Assembly: GCA_963843845.1 (NCBI GenBank) | Contig: CAWJMB010000002.1 | Coordinates: forward strand, 2,048,001 to 2,112,000 | Reading direction: 5' to 3' | Origin: an uncultured Gemmatimonadaceae bacterium | Lineage (GTDB): Bacteria; Gemmatimonadota; Gemmatimonadetes; Gemmatimonadales; Gemmatimonadaceae | DNA: 64,000 nucleotides | In this document: positions 22,387 to 35,179 of the stretch, piece after piece | How the letters are laid out: every line of letters starts with the position of its first letter | Numbering within the stretch: the first letter of the stretch is position 1 | The notes under the pieces: model-generated | Databases searched by the model: none | Seen by the model: only the letters and a program-made list of their open reading frames with translations | Told to the model about the DNA's origin: nothing | Program-made: the position numbers and the translations under genes

Positions 22387-23860
22387 TCAGCGCACCCTCC
22401 CGCGCACGAACTCGACGAACGTGCCGGTCGGCGTACCCGTGGGCCCCTTCGGGATGTAGCCGAGGTCGGACTCGGAATACGCAGTGCCTGCGACGTCGAG
22501 GTGCACCCACGGGTAGTCGGCGAATTCCTTGAGGAACCAGGCCGCCGTGATCGATCCCGCCGCGCGACCGCCGGTGTTCTTGAGATCGGCGACGTCGGAC
22601 TTGATCTGCTCACGGTACTCGTCCCACATCGGCATCTCCCACCCGCGCTCGGACGCACGCGCTCCGGCGGCGAGCACTTCCTGCGCGAGCGCGTCGTCCG
22701 ACCCGAATACGCCGACCGCCGCGTGCCCGAGGCCGATGACGATGGCGCCGGTGAGCGTCGCCGCGTCGATCACGGCGGTCGGCTCGAATCGCTTCACGTA
22801 CGACGAGGCAGTCGGCGAGCACGAGGCGCCCTTCGGCGTCCGTGTTGATGATCTCGATCGTCTTGCCATTCGACGCCCGCACGACGTCGCCTGGCTTCAC
22901 GGCGACGCCGGACGGCATGTTCGTCGTCGCGCCGACCACGCCGACGACGTTGACGGCGAGCTCCATCCGCGCGATCGCCTCGAACGCGCCCAAGACCCCG
23001 GCGGCCCCGCACATGTCGAACTTCATGAACTCCATGCGCTCCGCCGGCTTGATCGAAATGCCGCCGGTGTCGAAGCAGAGTCCCTTTCCGATGAGCGCCA
23101 CCGGCTTCGCGTCGCCGGCGCCGCTGTAGCGCAGCGTGATGAGCTTCGGGTCCTCGGGAGTTCCCTGCGCGACGCAGAGGAACGACCCCATCCGCTCCGC
23201 CTCCATGTCGGCGCGTCCCATGACGTCGACCGTCACCGACGGGAAGCGCCTCGCGATGTCGTGTGCGGTCTCGACGAACGTGTCCGGCGTGCAGACGTTG
23301 CCAGGCATCATCGCGAGGCGTCGCGCGACCGCGTAGCCGTGGGCGAGCGCGACACCGTTCGCGAGCGCCCCGTCGCGCGCTGCGTCCGCGATGATCGTCG
23401 CGCGCTCGAGGCTCGCGCGTCGCTCGTGCTCGGGCGGGAGTGTCAGCAGGTCCGTGTACTTCCACGCGCCGAGGTCGAGCCCCACGGCGATCGCCTCGAC
23501 CGCCGCGTCATCCAGGTCGCTCGCGTAGAAGGCGAGCGCCGGCACGCCGAGCTTCGTCGCGGCGCGAGCCGCGACCGACGCAGCTCGCCGGAGTGCGGCC
23601 GCCCGATCCGTCGCCTTCCCGGTGCCGACGAGCAGCACACGCTCGACGCCGGCCTCCGCGCCCCCGACATGCATCGCCTCGTCGCGCCCACCGCGGAAAT
23701 CGCGGCGGCTCAGCGCGCGGCCGATCGCACCGTGCAGACGATCGCGGTCGAGCGTCGCGAGCGCCTGCGGCACGTCGTCGCCGCTGCCCAACGCGACGAC
23801 GAGCAGTGGCGTGTCGAGCGACTCGGCCGCCGACTGGGTGAGTGATAGTTCGATCGACAT
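22387..23860 (-). CDS. pepA: Leucyl aminopeptidase (M17); one frameshift near 22808
   Basis: GKGLCFDTGGISIK, MKFDMCGAA, NTDAEGRLVLAD, then in the shifted frame ATLTGA and WVHLDVAG. Confidence 0.92.
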
Positions 23861-23862
23861 CG

Positions 23863-25113
<1,251 letters not shown>

Positions 25114-25141
25114 GGTCGGTGCGCGGTGCAGTAGGTAACGA

Positions 25142-25171
25142 GAAAATGCGCGGCAATCAGTTTGCCGCGCA
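25142..25171 (-). terminator. Intrinsic terminator after tRNA-Leu
   Basis: 10-bp stem tgcgcggcaa / ttgccgcgca followed on the minus strand by TTTTC. Confidence 0.65.
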
Positions 25172-25172
25172 G

Positions 25173-25255
25173 TGCCGGGGACGGGACTCGAACCCGTATG
25201 CCCTTGCGGACAGAGGTTTTTGAGACCTCCGCGTATACCATTCCGCCACCCCGGC
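25173..25255 (-). tRNA. tRNA-Leu(CAA)
   Basis: GCCGGGG acceptor stem, D-loop GGAATGGTA, anticodon arm GAGGT-CTCAAAA-ACCTC, long variable arm, GGTTCGAGTCC T-loop; CCA not encoded. Confidence 0.95.
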
Positions 25256-25284
25256 CTCGCGTCGCGATCGCGACGGACCACGGC

Positions 25285-25313
25285 AAGCTAGCCCGCCACC
25301 GTCCTCGACTCAA
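25285..25313 (-). promoter_or_regulatory. Putative sigma70 promoter of tRNA-Leu
   Basis: TTGAGT, 17 bp spacer, TAGCTT. Confidence 0.5.
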
Positions 25314-25338
25314 CGCGCCGCGCACGCAGCGCGTGCGG

Positions 25339-25833
25339 CTACGGCTGCGGGTCGTTCGCGCGTCGCTGCCGGAGCTGCTGCGCCGCGCGCAACGCACGTT
25401 CCTGGAGGGCGAGGAAATCTGCCCGCTGGCGCGGCGTGAGAAAGCGCGCCAGCTCGCGCTGCTCGTCGCCAAGCAGCGATGCGCGCCGCTGTTGCAACCG
25501 CACGAGGTCATCGAGCCGACGCCCGACCTCGGCCTGATTCGTGGAATCCGGCGCGAGTGCGAGTGCCGCGCGCAGTCCACGGCGTGCGTCCCGCTCCTGC
25601 GCGATCAGCGTCTGCCGCTGCGTCGCGAACCGGTCCGTGGTCTCGCGCAGCCGGCTCATCTGCTCGCCGTTCAGGCGGAGTCGCTGCTGCACCACCTGGG
25701 CGAGACGCTGCTGCACTTGGGCGCGACGTGCCGGCGCGGGCGACTGGCCGCGCTCGACCTGCTGTCCGGCGACGGAACCGAGCGGTACCAGCGCGAGCCA
25801 CGCACCGGCGAGGATCCATCGGCGTCGGATCAT
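25339..25833 (-). CDS. Exported helical protein, Spy/CpxP or heavy-metal-sensor-like
   Basis: Signal peptide, LRLNGEQ and FLTPRQR (LTxxQ-like) motifs; third gene of the ECF locus. Confidence 0.65.
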   Translation of the reverse strand: MIRRRWILAGAWLALVPLGSVAGQQVERGQSPAPARRAQVQQRLAQVVQQRLRLNGEQMSRLRETTDRFATQRQTLIAQERDARRGLRAALALAPDSTNQAEVGRRLDDLVRLQQRRASLLGDEQRELARFLTPRQRADFLALQERALRAAQQLRQRRANDPQP

Positions 25834-26573
25834 GGATTCCTCGTCAGCTTGACGACCGAGCCGATGGGCTCCGGGTCGAGCGGCAGCGTGCCCCCGTCGT
25901 CGGCGACCGCGCGTACGATCGCGTCGAGCTCGTCGTCGGACAGATCGGCGAAGGTCGCCCCCAACGCCGCCGTCACGGCGAGCGCCGCGCGCGGACTCGC
26001 CGGGGGCGAGTCCAACGATGCCACGACGGTCGGCGGTTCCGTGACGGCGGAGGAGCGCGACTCAGGCGCCGCGGACGGCGCCGCGTCTGCCGTGCGCGCG
26101 GCCGGCGCCACTGGCGGCGCGATGGCCACCGGCGGGGCGATCGGGCCACTCGTCGCGCGGCTCCGGAGGGCGCCCCCGATACCGAGCGCGGCGATCACGA
26201 TTCCTGCGGCGATGCGAAGCGGCGCGCTCGACCACGCCGCCCGGCGCGTGACTCGCGAGTGGCGCCGTGCGTCGCGTACCACGGCCAGAACCGGCCCGTC
26301 GGCGTGCGCGAGGGGCTCGTGCGGTGCGGCCGCGCCGACACCGGAGGTCGAGCCGCGCGAGAGAGCGACCGCGCGCGCGATGGCGGCGACGTCGACGCGC
26401 GGCGCCGCTGCGACGATCGTCTGCCCCATCGCCCGCACGAGTGCCAGCTCTGCCGCGCACTCGGTGCACCCGTCGACGTGCACGAGGATCGCATCGCGCT
26501 CGGACGCTGGCAGCCGATCGTGCAGCAGCTCGGGCAGCCGGTCTCGCAGGTCGATCATCTCGCACTCACGCAT
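25830..26573 (-). CDS. Zinc-finger (ZAS/zf-HC2) membrane anti-sigma factor
   Basis: HVDGCTEC (HxxxCxxC) plus one TM helix; overlaps the sigma gene. Confidence 0.82.
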   Translation of the reverse strand: MRECEMIDLRDRLPELLHDRLPASERDAILVHVDGCTECAAELALVRAMGQTIVAAAPRVDVAAIARAVALSRGSTSGVGAAAPHEPLAHADGPVLAVVRDARRHSRVTRRAAWSSAPLRIAAGIVIAALGIGGALRSRATSGPIAPPVAIAPPVAPAARTADAAPSAAPESRSSAVTEPPTVVASLDSPPASPRAALAVTAALGATFADLSDDELDAIVRAVADDGGTLPLDPEPIGSVVKLTRNP

Positions 26574-27120
26574 CGACGAACTCCTTCAGCGCCCGCATGG
26601 CGTTGTGGTAATGCACTCGTGCCGCTCCCTCTGTCGTCCCGGCGATCTCCGCGACTTCCCGGTACGACCGCCCCTCGGCGACCCGCAGCACGAAGACTTC
26701 GCGTTGCAGCGGCGAGAGCCGGCGCAGCGCCTGCTCCAACCGTCCCTCGGTCTCTTCGGCGACGACGGCGTCGAGCGCCGTGTGCTCGGTCGCCGCGTCG
26801 GCTTCGCCATCCTGGAATCGAGCACGATGCCGCGCGAGCGACCGCCGCCGGTCGAGCACGAGCCGCCGCTCGATCGTGAACAGCCACGTCCGCAGCGAGC
26901 TGTCGTTGCGAAAGCTCTCGAGGGCGCCGAAGGCGCGAACGAACGTGTCCTGCACCAACTCATCGATCTCCGACCGCTCGCCCAGGCTCGCGGCGAAGCG
27001 AGCGAGCGCCGGCGCGTGGCGCTCGACCAGGTCGGTCGCCGCCCGCTCGTCGCCCGCTCGGAACCGCTCGATGAGCTGCGAGTCGACATCCGCCTCCTCG
27101 TCGTGGATCGCCTCGGTCAT
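26566..27120 (-). CDS. ECF-family RNA polymerase sigma factor
   Basis: ELVQDTFVRAF, LRTWLFTI, region 4 LSPLQREVFVLR...SYREVA. Confidence 0.92.
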   Translation of the reverse strand: MTEAIHDEEADVDSQLIERFRAGDERAATDLVERHAPALARFAASLGERSEIDELVQDTFVRAFGALESFRNDSSLRTWLFTIERRLVLDRRRSLARHRARFQDGEADAATEHTALDAVVAEETEGRLEQALRRLSPLQREVFVLRVAEGRSYREVAEIAGTTEGAARVHYHNAMRALKEFVDA

Positions 27121-27189
27121 TTGCTATCGGAGTGGACGGACGCGTAGGCCGAACGTTAAGCTCGTCGCTCCGCGCACCCATGAGGAGCC

Positions 27190-27894
27190 ATGTCGCGTCG
27201 TCCCGAAATCATCGCGCACCGCGGAGTGCCGCACGAACACGCGGAGAACTCGCTCGCCGGCTTCCTCGCGGCCATCGCGCTCGGTGCCGACGCAATCGAG
27301 CTGGACGTCCAGGTGACGGCGGACGGCCATCCGGTCGTGCACCACGATCCTCGGCTCGGACGTCCCGCCGTTCCGAACGCGCGCCTCGCGGGCCGCGAGA
27401 TCGCAGCGCTGACGCTGGCCGAACTGCGAGCGCACGAGCTGACGCCGGGCATCGGCGTGCCGACGCTCGACGAGGTGCTCGAGACGGTGGCCGGTCGCGC
27501 GACGGTCTACGTCGAAGTCAAGGCACGAGAAGCAGCCGATGCCGTCGCTGCCCTCCTGCGCGGGCGGGAGGCATGGACTTCCGTCCACGCATTCGATCAC
27601 CGCGTTCCGGCCCGCGTGAGTCGCCTGCTACCGTCGCTGCACACCGGGGTGCTGTCGTCGAGCTACCTGACCGACAACGTGGCGCCGATGCGGCTGGCTG
27701 GTGCGCGCGACTTGTGGCAGCACCGAGACATGATCGACGTCGATCTCGTCTCCGCCGTACACAAGGTCGGCGGGCGCGTCGTGGCGTGGACGGTCAACGA
27801 GCCAGCCGACATGACGCGCCTGGCCGCCCTCGGCATCGATGCCATCTGCACAGACGTCCCCGCGGCCGCGCTCCAGCGACTCTCGGGGACGTGA
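27190..27894 (+). CDS. Glycerophosphodiester phosphodiesterase
   Basis: IAHRG, ENSL, ELDV, HHD, EVK, WTVN, ICTD; GAGGAG RBS. Confidence 0.9.
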   Translation: MSRRPEIIAHRGVPHEHAENSLAGFLAAIALGADAIELDVQVTADGHPVVHHDPRLGRPAVPNARLAGREIAALTLAELRAHELTPGIGVPTLDEVLETVAGRATVYVEVKAREAADAVAALLRGREAWTSVHAFDHRVPARVSRLLPSLHTGVLSSSYLTDNVAPMRLAGARDLWQHRDMIDVDLVSAVHKVGGRVVAWTVNEPADMTRLAALGIDAICTDVPAAALQRLSGT

Positions 27895-27921
27895 GCGAGC
27901 GCTCCGGCGCTCCGGCTTCCG

Positions 27922-28314
27922 TCAGCGGGTTCCGGTGTCGGTCGGCGACACGGTATCGGCGGACGGTGGCGGCGAGGCCGATGGTCCGTCCGACGGAGTG
28001 CCGGCGCCGCCTTCGCCCTCCTCCGGGTAGCCCTCCTTTCGCCGCCCCTGGATCGCATCGAGTTGCGCCTCGAGCCGCGTCGCTTCGGCTTCGTGCTGGG
28101 CGAGGGTCGCGCTCATGCGCTCGTAGGTCGGGGCGTCGAGATCCGACCCCGCGCTCCGCGCGCGGAATACGGCATACCCGAGCGTCTCTGCCGCCTTGTC
28201 CGCGTGCTGGCGGGCGCGGAACGCGTCGAGGCGGATCCGCCCCTCGTCGAGCGCGTCCTGCGCGACGCGGCCGGCGCGGTCGAGCTCCTGCTTGACCTTA
28301 TCCCAGATCGGCAT
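27922..28314 (-). CDS. Hypothetical coiled-coil protein
   Basis: 130-aa ORF with GAGGA RBS filling the gap between known genes; protein-like helical composition. Confidence 0.7.
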   Translation of the reverse strand: MPIWDKVKQELDRAGRVAQDALDEGRIRLDAFRARQHADKAAETLGYAVFRARSAGSDLDAPTYERMSATLAQHEAEATRLEAQLDAIQGRRKEGYPEEGEGGAGTPSDGPSASPPPSADTVSPTDTGTR

Positions 28315-28389
28315 GTCAGTCCTCGTAGTCAGAGAGTGCGAACAGATGCGGACTCTACGCGCAAATCTGACACCGAGTTACGAATACGA

Positions 28390-28417
28390 CGAAGCCCTCG
28401 CGGTGGCGAGGGCTTCG
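28390..28417 (-). terminator. Terminator hairpin after rplU-rpmA
   Basis: 12-bp stem cgaagccctcgc / gcgagggcttcg followed on the minus strand by TCGTATT. Confidence 0.65.
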
Positions 28418-28436
28418 GAACGGTCGGACCGGAAGA

Positions 28437-28739
28437 TCAGGCGACGGCGCCCTGCGCCGCGTCCGCGTCGATCGACGCCAGCGCCTGCGCCGGATACACG
28501 CTGATGCGCTGCCGCATCTTGTTCTTGTGCTCGAACTTCACGACCCCATCGATGAGCGAGTAGATCGTGTAATCCCGGCCGAGTCCGACGTTCTTGCCGG
28601 GGTGCCACTTCGTGCCGCACTGGCGGACGATGATGTTCCCTGCGATGACCGCCTCCCCGCCGAACTTCTTGACCCCGCGGTACTGCGGATTCGAGTCGCG
28701 CCCGTTTCTGGACGAGCCGACGCCCTTTTTATGTGCCAT
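28437..28739 (-). CDS. rpmA: 50S ribosomal protein L27
   Basis: [24 protein letters not shown]. Confidence 0.97.
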   Translation of the reverse strand: MAHKKGVGSSRNGRDSNPQYRGVKKFGGEAVIAGNIIVRQCGTKWHPGKNVGLGRDYTIYSLIDGVVKFEHKNKMRQRISVYPAQALASIDADAAQGAVA

Positions 28740-28750
28740 CGTGTCGCTCG

Positions 28751-29068
28751 TTATCCGAGGGTGATGTCTTTGATGCGAACTTCGGTATAGCCCTGCCGGT
28801 GCCCCTGCTTGCGGGCGTAGTTCTTCCGGCGCTTGAACTTGAAGACGACGATCTTGTCGCCGAGCCCGTGCTTGACGATCTCGCCCACGACCTTCGCACC
28901 CGAGAGCGTCGGGACGCCGAGGCGCACGTTGCCGTCGGCAGAGCCGAGGAGCACGTCGGAGAACTCCACGGAAGCCCCGGCCTCACCCTGGAGGCTCGGA
29001 ATGCGAAGCGTCTTGCCAGGCTCGGCGCGGAACTGCTTGCCGCCGGAGCGGAAGATGGCGTAGGTCAT
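28751..29068 (-). CDS. rplU: 50S ribosomal protein L21
   Basis: [21 protein letters not shown]. Confidence 0.97.
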   Translation of the reverse strand: MTYAIFRSGGKQFRAEPGKTLRIPSLQGEAGASVEFSDVLLGSADGNVRLGVPTLSGAKVVGEIVKHGLGDKIVVFKFKRRKNYARKQGHRQGYTEVRIKDITLG

Positions 29069-29101
29069 GAGCGGTGCGATGCGGTGACGTGACAGCCTAG
29101 A

Positions 29102-29130
29102 ACCATATCCCGTCACGACTTACGTGTCAA
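29102..29130 (-). promoter_or_regulatory. Sigma70 promoter of rplU-rpmA
   Basis: TTGACA (29130-29125), 17 bp spacer, TATGGT (29107-29102). Confidence 0.65.
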
Positions 29131-30697
29131 CGGCTTCAGGCCACCGCGTACTGCGTGCGTCACGTCGCGCCCCTGCCCTTTCACGACGAGCTTGAACTCG
29201 TCGGGCTTGAGCAGTGGGTCATCGCGCAACTCGAGCGCGAATCCGACGGACTTTTCCAGCTTGCGCAGGAGGTCCCGCTCCTCGGTCAACACATGGAGCG
29301 CCGTCTCCGGATGCAGGCGAACCACGAGGCTCTCCTTCCGGTTGTCGGACGCCATACGGCGCACCGAGCGTTCCATCCGACGGAGAATGGTCTCCGGCGT
29401 GAAGACGCGGCCGGTGCCGGCACACGTCGGACACGCCGCCGTCATGTTCTGCAGGTGACTCTGGCGCACCCGCTGCCGCGTCATCTCGATGAGGCCGAGC
29501 TCGCTGACCGCGTAGGCTTTCGTCCGCGCTCGGTCGCGGGAGAGGTGGTTACGCAGTTCCTGGAGCACGCGGTCCCGGTTCGCCTGCGTCTCCATGTCGA
29601 TGAAGTCACAGACCACGATCCCGCCGACGTCACGGAGCCGGAGTTGGCGGGCGATCTCGCGGGCCGCTTCCGTGTTCGTCTTGAGACTCGTCTTCTCGGG
29701 GTCCTTCTTGCCGATGTACCGTCCCGAGTTCACGTCGATGGAGACGAGCGCCTCCGTCTGCTCGATGACGAGATATCCTCCCGACGGCAAGTCGCACCGG
29801 CGCTTGAACAGATCGCGGATCTCGGTCTCGATCTCGTACTTGTCGAACAGCGGCGTCGACTCTTCGTAGAGCTTGACGCGGTTCGCGAGGTCGGGCGCGA
29901 TCTCGGTCAGATATTCGACGATCTCGCCGTACACCTGGCGCGAGTCGACCACGAGCGACTCGACCTTGTCGCTGAACACGTCGCGCATGAGGCTCCGCGT
30001 CATGTTCGTCTCGCGGTGCACGAGCGACGGCGCACGAACGAAGCGCTTCTTCTTGACGATGCGCTTCCACGCGTTGATGAGCGTCGTGAGCTCGCGTCCG
30101 AACGTCTCCTGCGACGCGTCCTCGCTCACCGTGCGGACGATGACGCCTCCCTCGTCCTTCGGGAGCACCGCACCCGACGAGCTCCTTGAGTCGGCGACGC
30201 TCCTCGCGGTCGGAGATCTTCCGGCTCACACCGACGCGCGACGCGTGCGGCATGTAGACGACGAAGCGTCCGGCGAGAGACACCTGCGCGGTGACGCGCG
30301 GCCCCTTCGTCGAGATCGGTTCCTTCGAGACCTGAACGAGGATCTCCTGCCCCTTCTTCAGCGCCTCCTCGATGGACGGCGCGGCGGCACGACGTCTGGC
30401 GGCCGGCGACCGTTCGGCGCCGGCTCGTCGTCGTCATCGTCGTCGTCGTCGTCCGGCTCGCCGCCCTCGTCGAACACGAGGTCGGAGGCGTGGAGGAACG
30501 CGGCCTTCTCCGTGCCGATGTTGACGAACGCGGCCTGGATGCCCGGGAGAACCGCTTCGACCTTACCGAGGTAGACGTCGCCGACCGAGCGGCGGCTGTC
30601 CGGGCGCTCGACGAGGAGCTCGACGAGCTGGTCGTCCTCGAGGATGGCGACGCGGGTCTCGCCGGTCGCCGGCATTGATCAGAATGTCTCGCTTCAT
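29113..30697 (-). CDS. Ribonuclease E/G family; frameshifts near 30670, 30385, 30172 and possibly 29155 (true stop may be 29136)
   Basis: MKRDILIN, GDVYLGKV, LPGIQAAFV, KEPISTKGPR, IDVNSG, LRLRDVGGIVVCDFIDM, EMTRQR and CPTC spread across frames. Confidence 0.9.
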
Positions 30698-31081
30698 CAC
30701 GACTCGCCGCCACGCTCCGCCACGGCGACTCGGCGCGGCGACGCGGCGGGCGCATCGAAAAGGTGGCGACGCGCGCCCGGCGCCATCGGCGGCTCGGCAC
30801 GTCGTTCATGGACTGTCGCCACGGTCCGCCCGCGTCGATCGGAAACACGGCGTCCGCCGGCGCGCCCGACTCGCCCGCGGCCGCGAGGGCCGGCGAGCGG
30901 GGGCGCTCCGAGTCGGAGCGGACGCACATGCGATCGATTGCGCGCATCGCCTGCGGGTGGACGTGGCAAGGCGCATCCGCGCCGAGCGTGGACGCTCGAA
31001 AGGGGATGCGCATAGCGGGGCGCGTCGGAGTCGCCCGACGCTGCACACGCGCTCGGCGCGTGGTACCCGTGCCTCCGGACA

Positions 31082-31109
31082 ACGTTACGGTCACGCCACC
31101 GCCCCGCAA
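31082..31109 (-). promoter_or_regulatory. Putative promoter of the RNase E/G gene, giving a leader of about 380 nt
   Basis: TTGCGG, 16 bp spacer, TAACGT at the far end of a gene-free gap of about 445 bp. Confidence 0.4.
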
Positions 31110-31142
31110 CAAAGCCGACGCCGCCCCGCCGGCCGATGCGCC

Positions 31143-31712
31143 TCAGAATCCTCGCCGCATGCGGAAGTACAGCCAGGCGATCGCGAGCGACGTAGACGAG
31201 CCCCGCCTGCCACTCGCGGTGCCGGAGATAGAGCGCGATGCTGAACGGCTCGACGCTCGGCGACCTACCAGTCGCGCCACGGAAGCAGGCGCGGCACGAA
31301 CGACGGCACGTGCCGGGCCCACTCGGCATACGCGTCCGGATAGAGAGCGCTCACGTACTCGCGCTCGCGACGGATCGTCGGTCCGTAGACGGCTGCCCAG
31401 AACAGTGCCACGGCGAGCAGCAGCCACGGGCTCGCGATGAGCGCGAACCCGCAGGCGATGAGAAAGCTGCCGAAGTACAGCGGGTTCCGGGTGTGCGCGT
31501 ACGGCCCGGTCGTCGCGAGCCGATCGTTCTTCACGATGTGTCCCGCCGCCCACGCCGCGCATCCCCACGCCGAGGAGCGCGATGCCCGCCCCGATCGCGA
31601 AGCTGAGGGGCTGCGGCCTGGCGAAGACGAGGTACAGCGACGCGACCGCGAACCCGATCGGGACGCGGAATTTCTGAACGAATGCGCCGCGACTGCGAAC
31701 CGGCTCGCTCAA
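31143..31712 (-). CDS. Isoprenylcysteine carboxylmethyltransferase/PEMT family membrane protein (about 3 frameshifts)
   Basis: LATTGPYAHTRNPLYFGS, RRE...LY, VPSFVP; N- and C-terminal parts lie in other frames. Confidence 0.8.
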   Translation of the reverse strand: MSEPVRSRGAFVQKFRVPIGFAVASLYLVFARPQPLSFAIGAGIALLGVGMRGVGGGTHREERSARDDRAVRAHPEPAVLRQLSHRLRVRAHREPVAAARRGTVLGSRLRTDDPSRARVRERSLSGRVCRVGPARAVVRAAPASVARLVGRRASSRSASRSISGTASGRRGSSTSLAIAWLYFRMRRGF

Positions 31713-32935
31713 CCCGCGAGCTCCCGCAGCAGGTGACGCGAGATGACGAGCCGCTGCACCTCGCTCGTTCCCTCACCGATCTCGCAGATCTTCGCGTCAC
31801 GCATCATCCGCTCGACGGGGTAGTCCTTCGTGTAGCCGTACCCGCCGTGGACCTGGATCGACTTGATCGTGGCGCGCATCGACAGCTCCGAGCAGAAGAG
31901 CTTGGCCATCGCGGCCTCCTTGCCGAAGGGGCGTCCCGCCTGCGCGAGCCGCGTCGCCGACCAGAGCAGGTGCTTCCCGGCCTCGATCTCGGTCGCGAGG
32001 TCGGCGAGCGGAAACGAGATGCCCTGGAAGTTCACGATCGCCTGGCCGAACTGCTTGCGCTCGGTACTGTAGCGCAGCGCCGCCTCGAACGCGCCTTCGG
32101 CGAGGCCCAGCGAGAGTGCCGCGATGCCGATGCGGCCCGCGTCGAGCGTGCGCATGAAGTTGATGAAGCCGAGCCCTTCCTGCCCGAGCAGGTTCTCGGC
32201 GGGCACTTCGACATCCTCGAAGATCAGCTCCGACGTATCGGACGCCCGCCAGCCGAGCTTGTCCTCCTTCTTCCCGGCGCGAAACCCGGGGAGCGGCGTG
32301 AACGACTCATCGTGGCCGATGCCGACGCGGCGCGCAGCCTCCAGGTCGCACGTCTCCTTCGTCAGGATGAACGAGCTGATGCCACGCGTGCCGGCCGACG
32401 GGTCGGTGACCGCGGTGACGACGAAGACCTCGCCGACGCTGCCGTGCGTGATGAAGCGCTTCGACCCGTTCAGCACGTAGTGGCCGTTCTTGCGCACGGC
32501 CCTCGTGCGCGTCCCGCCGGCGTCGCTGCCCGCCTCCGGCTCCGTCAGTCCGAAGCCGCCCAGCACCTTGCCCGTCGCGAGCGGCGGCACATAGCGGCGG
32601 CGCTGCTCGTCGGTTCCGAAGTAGACGATGGGCGAGGTGCCTAGCGTCGTGTGTGCGGAGATCGTGATCGAGTGCGAGGCATCGACCTTGGCCATCTCGT
32701 AGATGGCCATGATGTAGCTCGTGAGGTCGAAGCCGGCGCCGCCGAGCTCCTCCGACCACGGAATGCCGAGCAGGCCGAGCTCGCCCATGCGTCGGACGTT
32801 CTCCCAGGGAAACGTCGCGGCGTCGTCGTGTGCGGCGGCGACGGGCGCGACCTCGCTCTGCGCGAAGCCGCGCACGAGGTCACGCACCGCGAGATTCTGC
32901 TCGTTGAAATAGAGGCTGTCGTCCATGACGTCCAA
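31709..32935 (-). CDS. Acyl-CoA dehydrogenase (short/branched-chain-like)
   Basis: FGLTEPEAGSDA, NGSKRFIT, KLGWRAS, RKQFG, IQVHGGYGY, IGEGTSE. Confidence 0.93.
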   Translation of the reverse strand: MDVMDDSLYFNEQNLAVRDLVRGFAQSEVAPVAAAHDDAATFPWENVRRMGELGLLGIPWSEELGGAGFDLTSYIMAIYEMAKVDASHSITISAHTTLGTSPIVYFGTDEQRRRYVPPLATGKVLGGFGLTEPEAGSDAGGTRTRAVRKNGHYVLNGSKRFITHGSVGEVFVVTAVTDPSAGTRGISSFILTKETCDLEAARRVGIGHDESFTPLPGFRAGKKEDKLGWRASDTSELIFEDVEVPAENLLGQEGLGFINFMRTLDAGRIGIAALSLGLAEGAFEAALRYSTERKQFGQAIVNFQGISFPLADLATEIEAGKHLLWSATRLAQAGRPFGKEAAMAKLFCSELSMRATIKSIQVHGGYGYTKDYPVERMMRDAKICEIGEGTSEVQRLVISRHLLRELAG

Positions 32936-32959
32936 GAAGAGTGAAGCGAGTCAGACGGC

Positions 32960-35071
<2,112 letters not shown>

Positions 35072-35091
35072 GCCGCACACGCTACCCCGAG

Positions 35092-35105
35092 CGAACGAGC
35101 GTTCG
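35092..35105. promoter_or_regulatory. Palindrome CGAAC-GAGC-GTTCG in the recQ promoter region
   Basis: Exact match to the CGAACRNRYGTTCG SOS-box consensus, just upstream of a TAGCGT -10 element. Confidence 0.35.
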
Positions 35106-35179
35106 TCACCATTCGGACGCGCGGCGCGCCAATGCGACGCGCCACCCCAGCGTGCGACGAGCGTAGCTGCGGCGCCACG

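Noticed and set aside
25173..27120. tRNA-Leu as an integration site for a genomic island
   Set aside because: No integrase, no duplicated tRNA 3' end and no compositional shift; flanking genes look native.
30424..30452. (TCG)n-like trinucleotide run
   Set aside because: Encodes a poly-Asp acidic linker in RNase E/G; ordinary low-complexity coding sequence.
30698..31142. Possible RNase P RNA, tmRNA or known riboswitch in the long intergenic gap
   Set aside because: No GAGGAAAGUCC-type RNase P core, tmRNA ends or recognisable aptamer consensus seen on either strand; an Rfam scan is still advisable.
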